From the NCBI GenBank assembly GCA_951406725.2, contig OX597819.1:26474001-26538000 (forward strand): a stretch of DNA of 64,000 bases, given 5' to 3'. The stretch comes from Octopus vulgaris. Lineage: Eukaryota. Below, piece by piece: positions 26,288 through 40,545 of this stretch. Position 1 is the first letter of the stretch, and each line of letters starts with the position of its first letter. A model generated the notes under the pieces. That model worked only from the letters and a program-made list of their open reading frames with translations, was not told where the DNA came from and made no database searches. A program made the translations under genes and the position numbers.

Positions 26288-26332
26288 TAACACGTTTCGG
26301 CTGATATACCCTCCAGCCTTCAGCAGGTGTCT
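26288..26332 (-). ncRNA. Degenerate minimal hammerhead in PLE terminal repeat
   Basis: Minus: gacac CTGCTGA a ggctg gagggtatat cagcc GAAA c gtgtt. The inverted copy (28957-28991) reads CTGATAA, so the two copies together imply CTGATGA. Confidence 0.65.
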
Positions 26333-26415
26333 TCGTGGAATTTCGAACATAGATTCTCATTCCTAAGGTATTTTTCGATCTTGTTGTTGTTATTCTTCTT
26401 CTTATTATTATTATT

Positions 26416-26490
26416 CAGGTCACTGCCAGGAATCGAACTCGGAATATTGGGGTTAGTAGCCCGCGCCCTTAACCACTACGCCATATGCCC
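26416..26490 (-). promoter_or_regulatory. tRNA-like Pol III cassette (A and B boxes) inside the PLE terminal repeat
   Basis: Minus: gggcata TGGCGTAGTGG ttaagggcgcgggctactaaccccaatattcc GAGTTCGATTCC tggcagtgacc; second copy at 28330-28396 on plus. Confidence 0.75.
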
Positions 26491-26534
26491 GTGGGCAGTT
26501 ACGGACTGAATTTTAGGGTTTATAAATCTAATAT

Positions 26535-28320
26535 TCTCATATCCTTCCTTAATACCGGTTCCCATATTCTGTTCATATCTGCTTAGGAGGTTGCTGTGTC
26601 CTAGCATATGTGCTGCTTCTTTTATTTTTCATATTTTCCAGTAGTCTATTATTTTGACTTCATCCCACAGGGGGAGGTGGTCCCCACTTTTCCATACATG
26701 ATCAGCTATACCTGATTTATCAATATCTCCCCATGTCACAGCTTTGTGATGTTCCTCTACACTTATTTGGGAGTGGGGTGACATGTTTCGCCTTTGTATA
26801 ACCTACCACTGCTGCATGGGATGGAGTACACGCAGTTCTTAGTCATATTCTCTTCTATTGGTGGTTTTTACTCGTAAGGAGATATTTGCGAAGTGTTGTA
26901 TTACTCTTGAATACTGTCCTGATGTCATATGGACCACATATCTTTTGTATATTTTCGGAGAGGCCTTTCACATAGGGTAGATTAACTGGACTGTTTATCG
27001 GTTTCATCCTCTCTTTTCTTCATAATTGGATTGGAGAGTATGTGTTTGGGGTAGTTGTTGCTTAATAGATTGTTATTGAGCTTGATCATTTCTTCGTGAG
27101 ATTGTTACTTAGCTTGATCATTTCCTCGTGGTGGGTATCACGATCGCTAGTTATATTCATTGCTCGATGTTTTAGGCACTGAGCAATCCCTCTCTTTACA
27201 CTGTATGGATGGTGGGAGTTGACGTTGAGATATCGTCCAGTGAAGCTCCGTTTGCGGTATACGGATGTCCTGAATCCATACTTGGTGCGTGTTATTAATA
27301 TGTCCAGGAAAGCTAGCTGATTGTTCTTTTTTCTTTTTCCATTGTGAACTGTATGGATGGCTTTATTGAGTTCACATGACCTAACAGCCCTTGGATATCT
27401 TCCTGGTGGGGCCAGAGTATGAAGGTGTCATCAACATATCGCAGCCATAGGGTTGGTTTTTCTTGGTGTTGATCCTAAAGCCAAATTCTGAAAGTATTCC
27501 ATGTATATATTGGCTATTATCGGTGATAATGGCGAACCCATAGCTAAACCTTCTTCTTGTCGATATATATCAGTATCCATACTGAAGTAAGTAGTTTCTA
27601 CACAGAAGGTCAACATTTCCACCAAGTTTCTTATTGGTATACTAGTGCGTTCTTTTAGATGGGTGTCGGTCACTAGTTTTTCTTGAATCACCGATAGTGC
27701 TTCACCAGTTGAAACATTGCTGAACAGATTTATCGCATCCATACTCACCATCTGGTTGGATTCAATGTGTATCCTTGATCAGATCTCTGAAGTGGGTGGA
27801 ATTCTTCACGTAGGATGTTGACTTTCCTGCTAATGGACTGATTATATCCACAAGGAATCGGCTCAATGGATGACATGCTAAAACCTCTACAGCTGCTCAC
27901 TATAAGTCTTAATGGAGTACCATCCTTGTGAATGTTAGTGAGACCAGACATGTGTGATAGTTTATTGTAGTGTTGAGTCAGTTGTCTGTACTTCATTGCT
28001 GTAAAGTGATTCTTGTTCTTGATCAAGATCTTTGACAATTTCCTCTCTGTTTTCAAAGTAGGGTCTTTCTTTACTTTGCTGTAGCTACCATCACTTATAA
28101 GACTTGCCAGTTTTTTTGAGTAGTCAGACTTGTTCGTCACCTCTGTAGCATTTCCCTTGTCTGCTGGAAGTATTAGGATGGAATTGTCACTCTGTAATGT
28201 TTTGATAGCGAACTTTTCTTCCTTAGTGATGTTTCGTTTGGGAAGTTTCGCTTTTTCTAGTACCTGTCTCACTTTCTACTTTTGGAATTATTGCTGTCAT
28301 CTCTTCAATAGGGGCTATTA
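26535..28320 (-). pseudogene. PLE reverse transcriptase and GIY-YIG endonuclease pseudogene
   Basis: PADKGN, IHKDGTPLR, MVSMDAINLFSNV, QEEGLAMGSPLSP, WLRYVDDTF, LAFLDILI, VYRK, SHHP, YKGET, SGIADHVW and KEA motifs, with frameshifts. Confidence 0.93.
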
Positions 28321-28402
28321 TGTCCAAAATGGCATAGTGGTTAAGAGCGCGGGCTAACCCCCAAGATTCCGAGTTCGTTTCCAGTCAGAGACCTGAATAA
28401 TA

Positions 28403-28621
28403 CTCTCTTTTACTTGTTTCAGTCATTTGACTGCGACCATGCTGAAGCACCGCCTTTTAGTCGAGCAAATCGACCCCGGGACTTATTCTTTGTAAGCCCA
28501 GTACTTATTCTATCGGTCTCTTTTGCCGAACCGCTAAGTGACGGGGACGTAAACACACCAGCATCGGTTGTCAAGCAATGCTAGGGGGACAAATACAGAC
28601 ACACAAACACACACACACACG

Positions 28622-28669
<48 letters not shown>

Positions 28670-28840
28670 CATATATACGACAGACTTCTTTCAGTTTCCG
28701 TCTACCAAATCCACTCACAAGGCATTGGTCGGCCCGGGGCCATAGCAGAAGACACTTGCCCAAGATGCGACGCAGTGGGACTGAACCCGGAACCATGTGG
28801 TTGATTAGCGAGCTAATTACCACACAGCCACTCCTGCGCC
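28403..28840 (-). mobile_element. Family B SINE inserted in the (AAT)n of the inverted PLE repeat
   Basis: Full-length copy splitting acctgaataata / (aat)n gatcgaaaaatacc. Confidence 0.92.
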
Positions 28841-28844
28841 AATT

Positions 28845-28895
<51 letters not shown>

Positions 28896-31800
28896 GTAAT
28901 AATAATAAGATCGAAAAATACCTTAAGAATGAGAACCCAGGTTCGAAATTTCCCCCAAGACACCTGATAAAGGCTGTAGGGTATATCAGCCAAGATGGTA
29001 ACAAATATCCGTCAATTGTAAATAATGTAAATAATGTACGTAATTCCTCATCTCTTAAAAATAGAAGTGTATAATACGAGCATTGTTCATTAGTTTCGCT
29101 TTATTGTGTCCGATTTCGATACGGCAAACTTAGTTTTTACCATAGACTCATTACTTATCAGAGCTGTATGATAAACTGCATACACAGAACAATATTAACG
29201 AGTTTTCTGTTATCAACCAGCTACTGATAAGTCAAAAGCCAATCTAATTATTTTATGGTGAAAAATTACTTTAGCTGATCCTTTCTCAGTAAGCTTGGAA
29301 CCATAATATATTTTGATTACACTGTAAAAATAACGCTGTGGGATACCTATTTTGTGCATATTTTATCAACGAGGAAAGGGAAATCGCATCATATTTCTCG
29401 GAAAAAAAACGAGAAATATGTAACATTACGTAATAACAGTTTCTTGTGCTGCCACCGTGTTGGTTCACTCAACTATGAAAATTGCGAGTTATTAATAATG
29501 TAAATTCTTGAAAATGCATTGCCATTGTTGGTTCAATATTTGACATAAAGTGAATGTGTTAATTTCCTGCGAATATTTCAAAAGACTATCGAGGCTGGCA
29601 ATCGTGATAAACGCCATATAAATGTTCGTCTTCACTAACGCCATTCAAATATGTAATTGAGGTATTCTCATTTCATGGAAAATTTACGGCATTCATGAAG
29701 ACTCCCAGTCACTGTTGGTTTTCAAACGCGCCTTTTGTCGATTGGTTCCTCTTCTCAAATTTTAAATGCAAAGAGAATGTTTTTATGTTTGCCTTTATTC
29801 CCACTGTGTAACATACATGATTAAAAAAAGTTTGATGGAGATATTTTTTGTTCTATACATTAACCTAAAATTCTGCAATGGCTAACTGAATGCTTGTAAT
29901 CTTAGGAAGCCATTGATTGGGCAATAATTAATGTGATCTGTATTTATTGAAATTCTCTTATCGCTTAAAAGTACAGATCAATTGCATGATTTATTGATAG
30001 GATTTCTTTAAATGAACAAGAGACATCGACGAGACTTATCCACCCATGTAACGGTAGTTACACAGCCGAGACAGTAGAATATACCAAGTGATTTCTTTCT
30101 GTTTTTCTGCTTGAAAAGAAATCTGGTATTAGCTATTTAAAATTTAGGTAAATATTTTTCAATTTCTATGAAATCAAAGCCCATTCTGGACTCTTGGAAA
30201 GATGTACATCATGTAAACACAGGGGGATATGTTTTTCACTTTGGAAGTAAATATTTTCTTATCAGTAGATATATCGTTTATTCATTAGATCCTATGACCG
30301 GTCATACAGATGGCATTTTGGGTAAGTGTCTTTTACTAAAGTACCAGGTAGATACAAGCCTTGCAATGCAATATACAGAATATGGGAGCAGACCTTTCAT
30401 ATTGTGTTACGCTGATATCACCTGAAAATTAATTTAATGTTTCACGTGTCTTAAAGAATATTCAAAACCTCTACACGTAAATTCAGTGAGTGGGAAGTTT
30501 GATATCCATCGTCGAAGAGTTTTAAATAGGTGCGTTTTAAACGTTTCTTCCATTCTTTTCATGTTTATAAGTGAACAAGATTTACTGACTGATCGCATAA
30601 TGTTTATTTTAATCGTTTTCCATCCGAGTAAATTGAATCATCGATTATCAAACCTAGCGAGGTAACAATTGCTGATGCTTGTATTACATATATCTACAGT
30701 GGATTTAGTGTTACATCTAGCAAAGTCGACTTCGTGATCGAAGACTTAACAAATGTCACCTCTTAATCTTTGAGTTAGCATTTTTCTCTCCATAAATAAT
30801 TTTTCCCACTCTCAAGGTAATACTAAGTACAATGCGGACATATACTGCCCAGTATACAAAACGGTAAAATCTATATCATTTGATCAATGTTTCTTAAGTT
30901 TGCAGATCTGGGAATAGCTAAGTGGGGGATGAGTTGTACCACGAGTAGTTAGTTTTCCTCGGTCACCTGCCGATCCGAAAATTTTCGACGTTTATCATTA
31001 CACTGTGTAACGATGAGGTTCGGCAGTGGGAAACACGAATCGTCTATTCTACAAACGATAATCTGATTCGGGCTATCATGAATTTATTACAAGACAATAA
31101 GATGGTTTCGCTTCATGTACAACTTAATCCTATATTATGAATCTGGTAAATACATCCCAATTTTAGAATAACATTTATTTACAGCTAAAGAGAAGCATCA
31201 TACATTCCGCTTAAAACCCCCAAACAGTTATGCATTTTGCCCTTTTATATCTTTTGGTTACTGTAGTTTTGTAATAAAAATTTAATATTGATCAAATGTA
31301 TTATTTTAAGTTCTGTCATTTCTGGAATTGTGGGAATGGGGTTAATTCTCTGAGACAAGCTTCATCTTCCTTTTCTATACCATGCTTTTTAAACTGATTT
31401 ACATTAACTTATATATATATATACGCGTGCAAACAGAGATTTATGGTATGTTCTCGTATGTATTCATATTACCAATAATTTTTGTTTTTTATTCAGCGCA
31501 TATGCTGATAATCGTGTGATGTGATTGCTCCCTCAAGTAGTTACCTTGCAGAAGCATATTTCAAGTGAGCGAGTAATGGTGTTTGCCTTCTTTTTTCACG
31601 CCACCTGCTCATTTTCGCATTAGAAATATTAATTATACATAATGTTACATGTTTAATAAAGTTTCAATTCCTGTTACTGTTAGTGCCATGAAATTTAAGG
31701 AGCTAAGCTGTAAAAAAAAACTCTATACAAATCTTTTGCTATTACTTTCATTTTATAAATTCTCTAGCGTAGCATAGGAGATAGAACTGATTAAATTTTC

Positions 31801-34800
31801 TCTAAAAAATATCAGTTTTGCTTTCTTTGCAATTGTGCAACTCTTCAGCAACTGCTCAGTACATTATTTAGAATATCTTTTTAGGTTACTCTCAAATATT
31901 CGATCTTTCTTATATCATTAATGTTATACTGGAGTACTGACGGGGATGTTTAATATAAGTTCCTCTGCATTGCATCCTAGTACATTCATATGATCTTAAA
32001 CGTGCCACTCACAATAACCACGTATTTTCACGGGAATTTGAATTTTCGAGATCGAACAAAATAAACTAAATAATTTGTATTGTATATGAATTCAAAGATT
32101 CAAATCAAATATGCCGAAGTATCAAATGTGTTGGTTATGATTATCGTTATGGTAGCAGATTCTCAGAAAAGTGAATCCAATTGTAACTATAATTCTCAAA
32201 TGGGAAGTTCGTGACCAAAACCAATAAAGCTTTTATTGATATTCCGTTGTCTTTATAAATATAAAAGCTTCTATATAAATTTATTACACATTTATTTACA
32301 TAAAAGCAACATAGCGAACGTCATATTGTAAGTTGTAAGCTACCATAAATGTGGAGTACTTTCAATTCCAACGATTTATACTTAACTCGTGGCCTTAAAC
32401 ATATATGGTATAGGGAAAAGGCGGAAAAAAGAAGATTCATTTAAAAAATCAGTAAAAATTACTCTTAATTACAAAATACCGATAATAAAGAATTCTAAAT
32501 ACAGAAAATTACGTTCTCATTATTTCAGTTCTTCCCGAAGCAAAATATCAATTATACTGATGTGAACTAAATTTCTAAACAATGTTCCTGTTATTGTTTA
32601 TTCTTTGTCTCCAAAGCTAATGGGTCTTTATATTTTTAGTCGAGAGAAAATGCAGTAACCTCAACTGTTATACTGCCACTAACACTAGTGAGGTAGTAGA
32701 GAAGAAGATATCCTCAAACTGGAGTTTTCGCTCCGTTCGTAACACCTTAGAATCCAGGTGCTATTGTGAAATTTCTGTGCGGCGAATTAAGTTTGCCACC
32801 CAAAAAAGCCGTTGCATGATTCTGACTCAGAACACAAAAAGCCAAATCAAATATCACAAGGAGTCCACTACAATGTTTCTAAAGTTTAAACTACTCACCT
32901 TCCTGGATTGGCTCATGTTATCGATTTCTACTGGATAAAAAAACCAAAGTTGATCTCAGAGCACAGACATATAACAGATACCACAGGCATTCTGTTCAAA
33001 TTTCTACTGATTCTGCGAATACCAAATGAAAATCTTACAGCATATTCACTTTGTCAACTACGGCATTTGTGTAGATCTGGTATGCACCAATGAAAATTTA
33101 CCAGTAATACGTCAGTAGCAAACATTGACACAATTAAGAACAGTTCTCCCATATAAATAATTGAAGCTGTACCAAGTTGATAAAATCAATATCCAATTCC
33201 ACTACGCGATTGGTTGTTTGCGTTTGGACGTTGAGACTATTTATAGCCATATAAAAATGACAACACACGTCCAATTTAATTTCAATCATAAGGAGAACCA
33301 CTAGAAATGTTTATGGAATTATACAAGTTACGTTTGACTGGAATTCCTGCTGATATATGAAATTTAGAAAAACACTTTCCATTTGCCAATGTTGACCTCT
33401 TAACGTTTCTTAATAATGATATTTGATTTATCTACAATACAGAGATGGAGGCCGAAGTATATAAACTTTGTAATATAATTTCATTGTTATAATGTAAGAC
33501 GTTATTGCTGATTTTATGCTTTTGAATACATAGACTGAAACAATAGGGCTATTTATTTCTTATATTCATTATTCAATAAACTGAGAATATATGGTGAATC
33601 CTGCTGTGGATTAGATTTTATATATACGAAATAAGAAATTAGTGGTAATATAAAGTATAACATAAATTATTAGAAAAATTGCTCCATTCCTATTTAATAA
33701 AGTAGATTAGATATAGACTGCTGAGTTACCAGATCATAAACATCATTATTTGCATAAAAGTGAACTAAAAGAAGTTATTCTTGTCATTACATTTCGTGAT
33801 TAAACAACTACATAAACCAATAAGAAATGTTTCCTCGCTGAAAGGAATCGTGGTTGGTTGTGCAATCTAAACCAAATAAACAGTGTTCTTTCTGAGTATC
33901 CTACTGATCTCTCTATTGAACTATATATTTTTTTCCTGACAGGGTGATTGTCATTCAGTTTCCATAGCCATAAATCAGCGACTGTTACCCTATATAAGAT
34001 AATAACTATTTCTTGTGTGAACAATTTGAGAGACAATCCCTCGTAGATAAAAATTAAGTATTTGTATTATGAATGGGGTGAAGAATTTCATGTATTTCTA
34101 TTCATAACAAATATTTCATGTGAGCATCAATCGAATACATGTGTATATAAAATTGATCCAGCTATGAACAAACTGTAGTGTAAGATACAACAATGGAGAC
34201 TAAATAAGTGCCAGTATATGCCTTCACTTACATTATAAATTGAAATCTCATGAAGACTGGCGGCGTAGATGTTCCAGATGCTAGTTATAAAATGTAATCA
34301 AATCGACTTTATATTCAATCTGCAAAAATCATTATATTAATTATTTCTAATCTATTCTGAAGGCTTTAGTCCAATGTCAACTGGAAGGATAACGTGTATT
34401 ATTTGTAGAATTAAATAGCGTTCTCACACGCTATGTCTGCGATGTAATTCTTCCCTTCCGATAAGCATGTGAAAGAATTAATATCATGCAAAACTCTTCG
34501 TCATAAAGAGTGACATTAACAGAGCACAGTTTAAATCATCCTTCATGAATCTAATATTTTATGTATTAATGACAAATAATTTTTTGCCGTCAAACATTTG
34601 AGCTAAAAGATTCATAGATTTAGTAAATAGATGACAATGCATTGTATCCGAATCTGTGATACTTAAAATAGATATTTAGGTTTGAACTCTAGAAATAAAT
34701 AGAATGAAATGAAACCGTTTTACGTTGGGCTCTCAACTTATAATTATTCCATAGATGCAGAGGAACTGTCATGATCCTCGGTGTGTTTTGAGCAGCTACA

Positions 34801-37194
34801 CCAGATGCCCTTACCATCTCTAAGTCTGATCTGGAACGATATTTTTTCGAGAGAGAAAGGAGGACAAGAGAAGAGTGTGATAGAGAAAGCGATGGAAATA
34901 TATAAAGGCCAAATTGAATTGGGTGAGATTTGTATAAAAGGAATCTGAGAAAATATTTTTGAGTAGTATATCAGAATATCTAACAATTCTGCCAAGTCGC
35001 CACCGCAAAAGTTTAGAATCAGTTATTATCAACAAGCTCCAAAATATCTTAACCCTGACTTTGAGTCTAGGAAGGTATAGAAACATTTCTGGCCAAGTAA
35101 TACAGAATATAATTGCTTAAAATATTCGGTGATGTTAGTTATGAAATAAAATAGACGCCTACGCAGAAATATATCTTTGTATCACCGAATCACGCACAAA
35201 ATTATCACACTGGATGATAGATTACAAATAATGTACTACTAATTTCTGGGCTAAAAGTAACAAGTATATATATCAAGTATACGAATGCGAAAAGTATTCT
35301 GTCAAAACTATGAATATCTTCCGGAGCCTGAAAAAAAACATATTCGATATGATATATGTTCTTAGACTCACTCTAAGTTACTTAACGTTGTTTTCTTGAG
35401 GAATTTCAAATTAATAGAAAAATACAATTATAAAAAATTTAATTTCCTATCCCCAGTCACTAGACAGTGAAATAGTTTCAAGTTGCATCGTGAATAAAAT
35501 ATATCATTTCTATATGGTAGTTCTATCTACTGACACTGGCAGGCAAACTCTTCATAAACTACATCGCATCATCGTAAATATGGACATATATATACATATA
35601 TTATATATATTATATATTATATATATATGTATGCGAATGTATAGATGTATACATGTACATATGTTACTGTGCTTCTTCAAAGTACAGCATATGGTCATTT
35701 TTTGACACTTCATTATGGTGTATTAAACTCAACATCTTACTTTGGACAATGATCATTGGTTTCAGTTTAGGCAAAAATTGCCTATTATTACATGTTTGAA
35801 ATGGGAATGAACCCGGAACCATGTGGTTGGTAAGCAGGCCTCTTACCACACATCCACTCCTAATAATTTTAAGGTAATTATTTTCCCTTCAAAACTGAAG
35901 GAAAAATTAAAAATACATTTAATCATTTTGTAACAAGTACGAAAGACTGTTGATGCAAGTTACGTTATGATTACTGTACGTATTTCATATTTTCTGATGT
36001 TACTGATGATGGAAAAAGTGTACTACCAAAAGTATCCGCCATAGTACCGATAACACTCTAGTATTTTAATATTAATGAACAATGAATAAAGTCTATACAC
36101 AAAATGACGTTATATAAACCTTTCGTTTCTTAAAAGTATTGTTGAAATTTTTATGTATTTTTTTCATTTAATATCTGTGGAAAAATCCAACGTTTTCTCT
36201 AGGAAAATTGCGAAACACTCCTTAATTTTCAGAGAACACATATGCTAACCTTAATGCTTGAATCGTTTTGTTTATTTCCCACACGCTATTATATTTTAAA
36301 TAGACTTTTATTGGTTGAATTCATTCTCATATTAAATAACGTCAATATATATCGTCGAATTTGGAACCCCATAATCAGGCTGATTGCGACGAAATTTCAA
36401 TTTTACTAATTATAATCTCATGGAAACAAGTTCTGAGAAGCTGTGCTTTCCAGAAGAAAAACGCTATCAAGTGTAGTTCGACTACTGAATTCATAATGGG
36501 AAGAGTCCAATTCTATAAGCAGCATAGAATTACTAAATGTAATGCTATTAAAAATTTAATATTTCCTTGAGGCCATGTCAGATTTCTACTGCAAACACGA
36601 TTGACGAAGCATTATTGGAATCCAGCAAGATTGAGAATATTGGTTGAATAAACATAGTGCTATCTCCCTTGAAAGGCGATGCTTAGTGTAAACATCATGT
36701 TTTTAGTTTGATACAGTAAACGTTTGCCTTTGTATTTCTAAAATCCAATTTATATATCAATATTAAATGTAAACTTGGTTTATCTTTGGTAGATTTTCTT
36801 AATGTATGACTGATAGTGTAAAATCCAGTTTTGTAGCTTGTGCAGAAAGTCTCATCTCCCGGCCCCAACAACGAATGGCCTTGCTTTTGTTGATTTTCTG
36901 TTGATAATCATTTTCTAGTTCCATCTTAATTTCATCTTTGCAAATGTAAAGAAACTTTAATGTGTTTATAACTCTCCTGTCCTTTAATTGCGGCTTTTCC
37001 AGAGCAATTCCCTTTCGTTAAAGTCTACATCCTGCAGAATTCCCTAGGATAAATATATTTTCTCGAATTTGCGAAACTTAGCGACACTATAAAACATTAC
37101 CCAAGGTTAACCATGTTTGAAATCTATCAATAAGTTGCTTCTCTGTTTCGTAAATATATGATTTCTTTATCATTTTGTTACCATATTTCTCTTG

Positions 37195-37270
37195 AAATTC
37201 ACTGACTGAATTAATTTTTAAAGTAATGAAGAAATTCACTGACTGATTAATTTTTAAAGTAATGAAGAAT
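37195..37270. repeat. ~37-bp tandem duplication
   Basis: aaattcactgactga(a)ttaatttttaaagtaatgaag occurs twice. Confidence 0.9.
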
Positions 37271-37310
37271 TTAGACAAAAAATCGTTGTCATTATTAAGT
37301 TGGTAATTAA

Positions 37311-37500
37311 AGGATGATGCGGGCAGAATTGTTAGCAAGTCAGAGAAAATGCTTTGTGGCATTTCTTCCGACGCGCTACTTTCTGGGTGGAAAATCCGAC
37401 TTCGCCTTCCGTTTTCAGTGGTCGATAAATGTAAGTACCAGGTAACAATTTGGGTTGACATAACTGAAATGCATCTCCTCCAAAATTTCAGGCCGCGTGT
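37311..37500 (+). mobile_element. Diverged family A SINE
   Basis: ggcagaattgttagc..cgacttcgccttcc..gtcgataaatgtaagtacca..aaaatttcaggcc. Confidence 0.7.
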
Positions 37501-40431
37501 TTATAATAAAAATAATTATTATGATATTGTTATATTTCGGAATGGTCATTTTGCCAGTTTAGCCAATAAAAACACACGCACTATATATTATATATATAAG
37601 TATTATGATGATGTTTGGAAATTATGAAAGTTGAATCGAAAGTCTCTGTTCGCACCACTTTAAAACAGGTAGCTGTAAAATCGATGTAAGAGCTTAAAAG
37701 AAAAGATTTTTCTGCAAAATGATATAAGCCTGTTTTGTTTAGCACCAAATCGTGACTGACTGGAGAAACCTATAATTTAATACATTTCATCCCTAAATAT
37801 CCCTTATATTTTTCTATATCACAGGTTATATTGTCCAACTGGTAAATTTTGTGTTACGTTTATTATGATAGTAGAGTGATACGGGTGAAATCTGGCTATT
37901 TCTTGGAGGTCAGGTAACCTCCAAAACACTCCTCATTATCTAGATTCATATAAAGTAATTCGTGGATCACAATATCTTCTGTTTGAGAGTTAAATGTCCC
38001 AATTATGAAAGCAATCTATCATTTACAATGTTTTGGATTTGCAGGGCAACAGATATTACACATATTGTCTTCCGTTTCTCACAAGCATTAGCGATATAAA
38101 AGATATTACCATAATTTAGTCTAAATTACCCATTCTTCATAACTAACATTGATGTCTCTATAAGATTTTCATAACGACAGTATATGACGTTGTAATGACG
38201 ATGCACATATAAATAACTTTCTAAAAACATGCTAAATGAGGTCAAATTTAAATGAATATTTAATGAAGTAAAGTAATTTACCAGACATTGTTCCAGTAAT
38301 AAATTATTTTTGCTTTGTAGTAGGTCTTGCATAGATTATTATGAGAAATTATACCGGTTATTTTTCTAGTACTCATCTAAGCCTAGTGGCAGGAAAGATA
38401 AACTGATTCACGTACGTGAAACATCGCCACTAGCTTAAGATAGATCAATATTTTATTTCGATTTTGATATTTTTAACTGTCTCTCAATGGCTGAATTACA
38501 TCACATTAAACTCCTCCAATTACATTTAAGAAACTTTTAAATAGACTCTAAATGTCTATTAAGTGCTGCAATAAAATCGTTTTAATTTCTTAACAATTAA
38601 GTTGCAAATATGTGCTAAACGCATGAAAAACTATTGCGCTATTTTTAATGTTACGTCCATAATCAGGAAATAAAAATGTAGGATAATCATGGCATTGACA
38701 AACATGACTCTAGTTTCTGCATGCTATGTTTTCTCTGCGTATTCTTTAAAATTTTTCAAGTTTCCATTGATATGAAATATTGTGTGTGTGTGTGTGAACG
38801 TGTGCGTAAAGGCAGCCTGGTTATGCCGTTATAGCATCAGAAGAAATACCATACTGTACTATTGCGATTACTTGAATTATGATATTTTAATCCACCATCA
38901 CCGAGTTTGACACCACTTTCTGATCGCTGTATGTTGTTAATAAAGTGAGATTGAATGTTACAGGTACATGAGGCTAGTTCCCCATTCTCTCTCCGTCCAA
39001 CAAACCTTGGAAGCTCTGTAAAGTGTGATGTGCAACGTCATTCAATGTGTATAACGTGTTGGGGAAAAAAAAGAGAGCCACTTATTATAATGTGTTTTCC
39101 CGTGATCTTTTCTGTAGGCTTTTCTATCCACGGACAAATCTAATCTGTTTTCCCTTTTTACATTGACATTTCTGTGATACACGATCCCTATTGATCGTCC
39201 TCACCCTTTCTTTTTCGCGATCCCTTTTAATCGCACAATTCGAACTTTTTTCCTTCTCTTCTTCCCAAAAAGAAAAGTTCTACTTTGTATTTTGTCCCTT
39301 CTGTGTTCAGCCCTGCGTGGCCAATAAAGAAAACTGTTACTCCATGTTTCACCAATTAGTACACAATATTTAAGAGAAATATGTGTATTTATAATTTTTA
39401 ACACCACTCAATGAACCTCGATCTTTTATTTAAAACTTTCGATGATCCTTTGATGCTATTCAGTATAAAGGTCTTAACGGCATAGAACACCAGATATCCA
39501 TAAAAACATATTTATTCACAATCGGTGTGTTGGTATCATTCGCCGCTTCGACAAGGCGCTATCGAAATTTCAGAAGCCTATTTCACCAACAAAAATAATG
39601 ACAACTAATTTGCCACTCAGCAATTCTGAAATACAGAGCCTATCCAACATTCAGTTTAACTCCATCCTCTGCAGATTGTTACAATAACTATATACTTATA
39701 CGCATAGAAACCTACCTCCTATTTGACTCTACTATGACCAGCCTCTTTAATTTGTTCGCTTATATCCTTAGCAGTAACGAAATTACCAAATTTACTCTCT
39801 TTTGCGAAGGTCTATAATTCCTCTTATACTACTTTTGCATATACTACTCTTGTGAAGTGTCATGTGATATGGATTAAAAACAAATACGCGTGTGTGCGTG
39901 TGCGCGCGCATGTATGCGCACGCGCGTGTGACTGTGCATTCTTGTATAGGTATATAATACAGAAAAGTAGCATTATCTAAAGTAAAATCAGTAAATCAGA
40001 ACAATAAAGTGCGCACAATGGAAGAGGATAAAAGGAAATCCTTCGTCAAATTAGTCTGGTATTGTTTATTCTTCCTGGAAATTATATTGTGTTAATATAC
40101 ATTCAAGTTGTTTTAATTTTACTAAAGAATTACAAGAAATGTCTGAGCTGACATTGTGACATCAACGTCAGAGAATTTTTATATAAAGCGTATTTAAGAT
40201 CCACTCGCATAAACGCATTAAGTTTTCACTCTATTATAAGGAAATTATGTCACTTTGTGCCCCAGTATGGCACGGGCCAGAAGCTCGAGAAATAGTAAAT
40301 ACGATATTTGGGATTTTACGTATTTTATAATCTAAATTGCTATTCTTCTGATTATGAAGGATTATTGTGATAATCCTTAACATGTATTATGTATATTTCT
40401 ATCGGTAATACGATCGTAATATGTATAAATG

Positions 40432-40545
40432 CATGCAAAACTAGACATGTTAGTATCAATATTCATGCAAAACTAGACATGTTAGTATCTTGTATATTCA
40501 TACAAAAAATAGATATGTTTGTAGATATGTTAGTATAGATAGGTA
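40432..40545. repeat. Short tandem repeat (~32-bp unit)
   Basis: catgcaaaactagacatgttagtatc twice, plus a decayed third unit. Confidence 0.8.

Larger units (their letters stand above)
26234..29070 (-). mobile_element. Penelope-like element (Penelope/Poseidon type), 5'-truncated, with inverted terminal repeat
   Basis: RT plus GIY-YIG pseudo-ORF on minus; terminal repeat 26234-26490 recurs inverted at 28330-29036, where it is split by a SINE. Confidence 0.9.

Noticed and set aside
26416-26490. Functional tRNA gene
   Set aside because: Acceptor and T stems are mismatched and it lies inside a retroelement repeat; the SINE heads are rejected as tRNA genes on similar grounds.
30887-30952. MFLKFADLGIAK resembling kinase subdomain VII
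   Set aside because: Bounded by in-frame stops, with no other kinase motifs or convincing exon structure.
31497-31564. Possible exon between ttttattcag and gtgagc
   Set aside because: Stops in all three frames; no other support.
32689-32699. TGAGGTAGTAG, matching the first 11 nt of let-7
   Set aside because: The rest of the mature sequence does not match and there is no star arm downstream.
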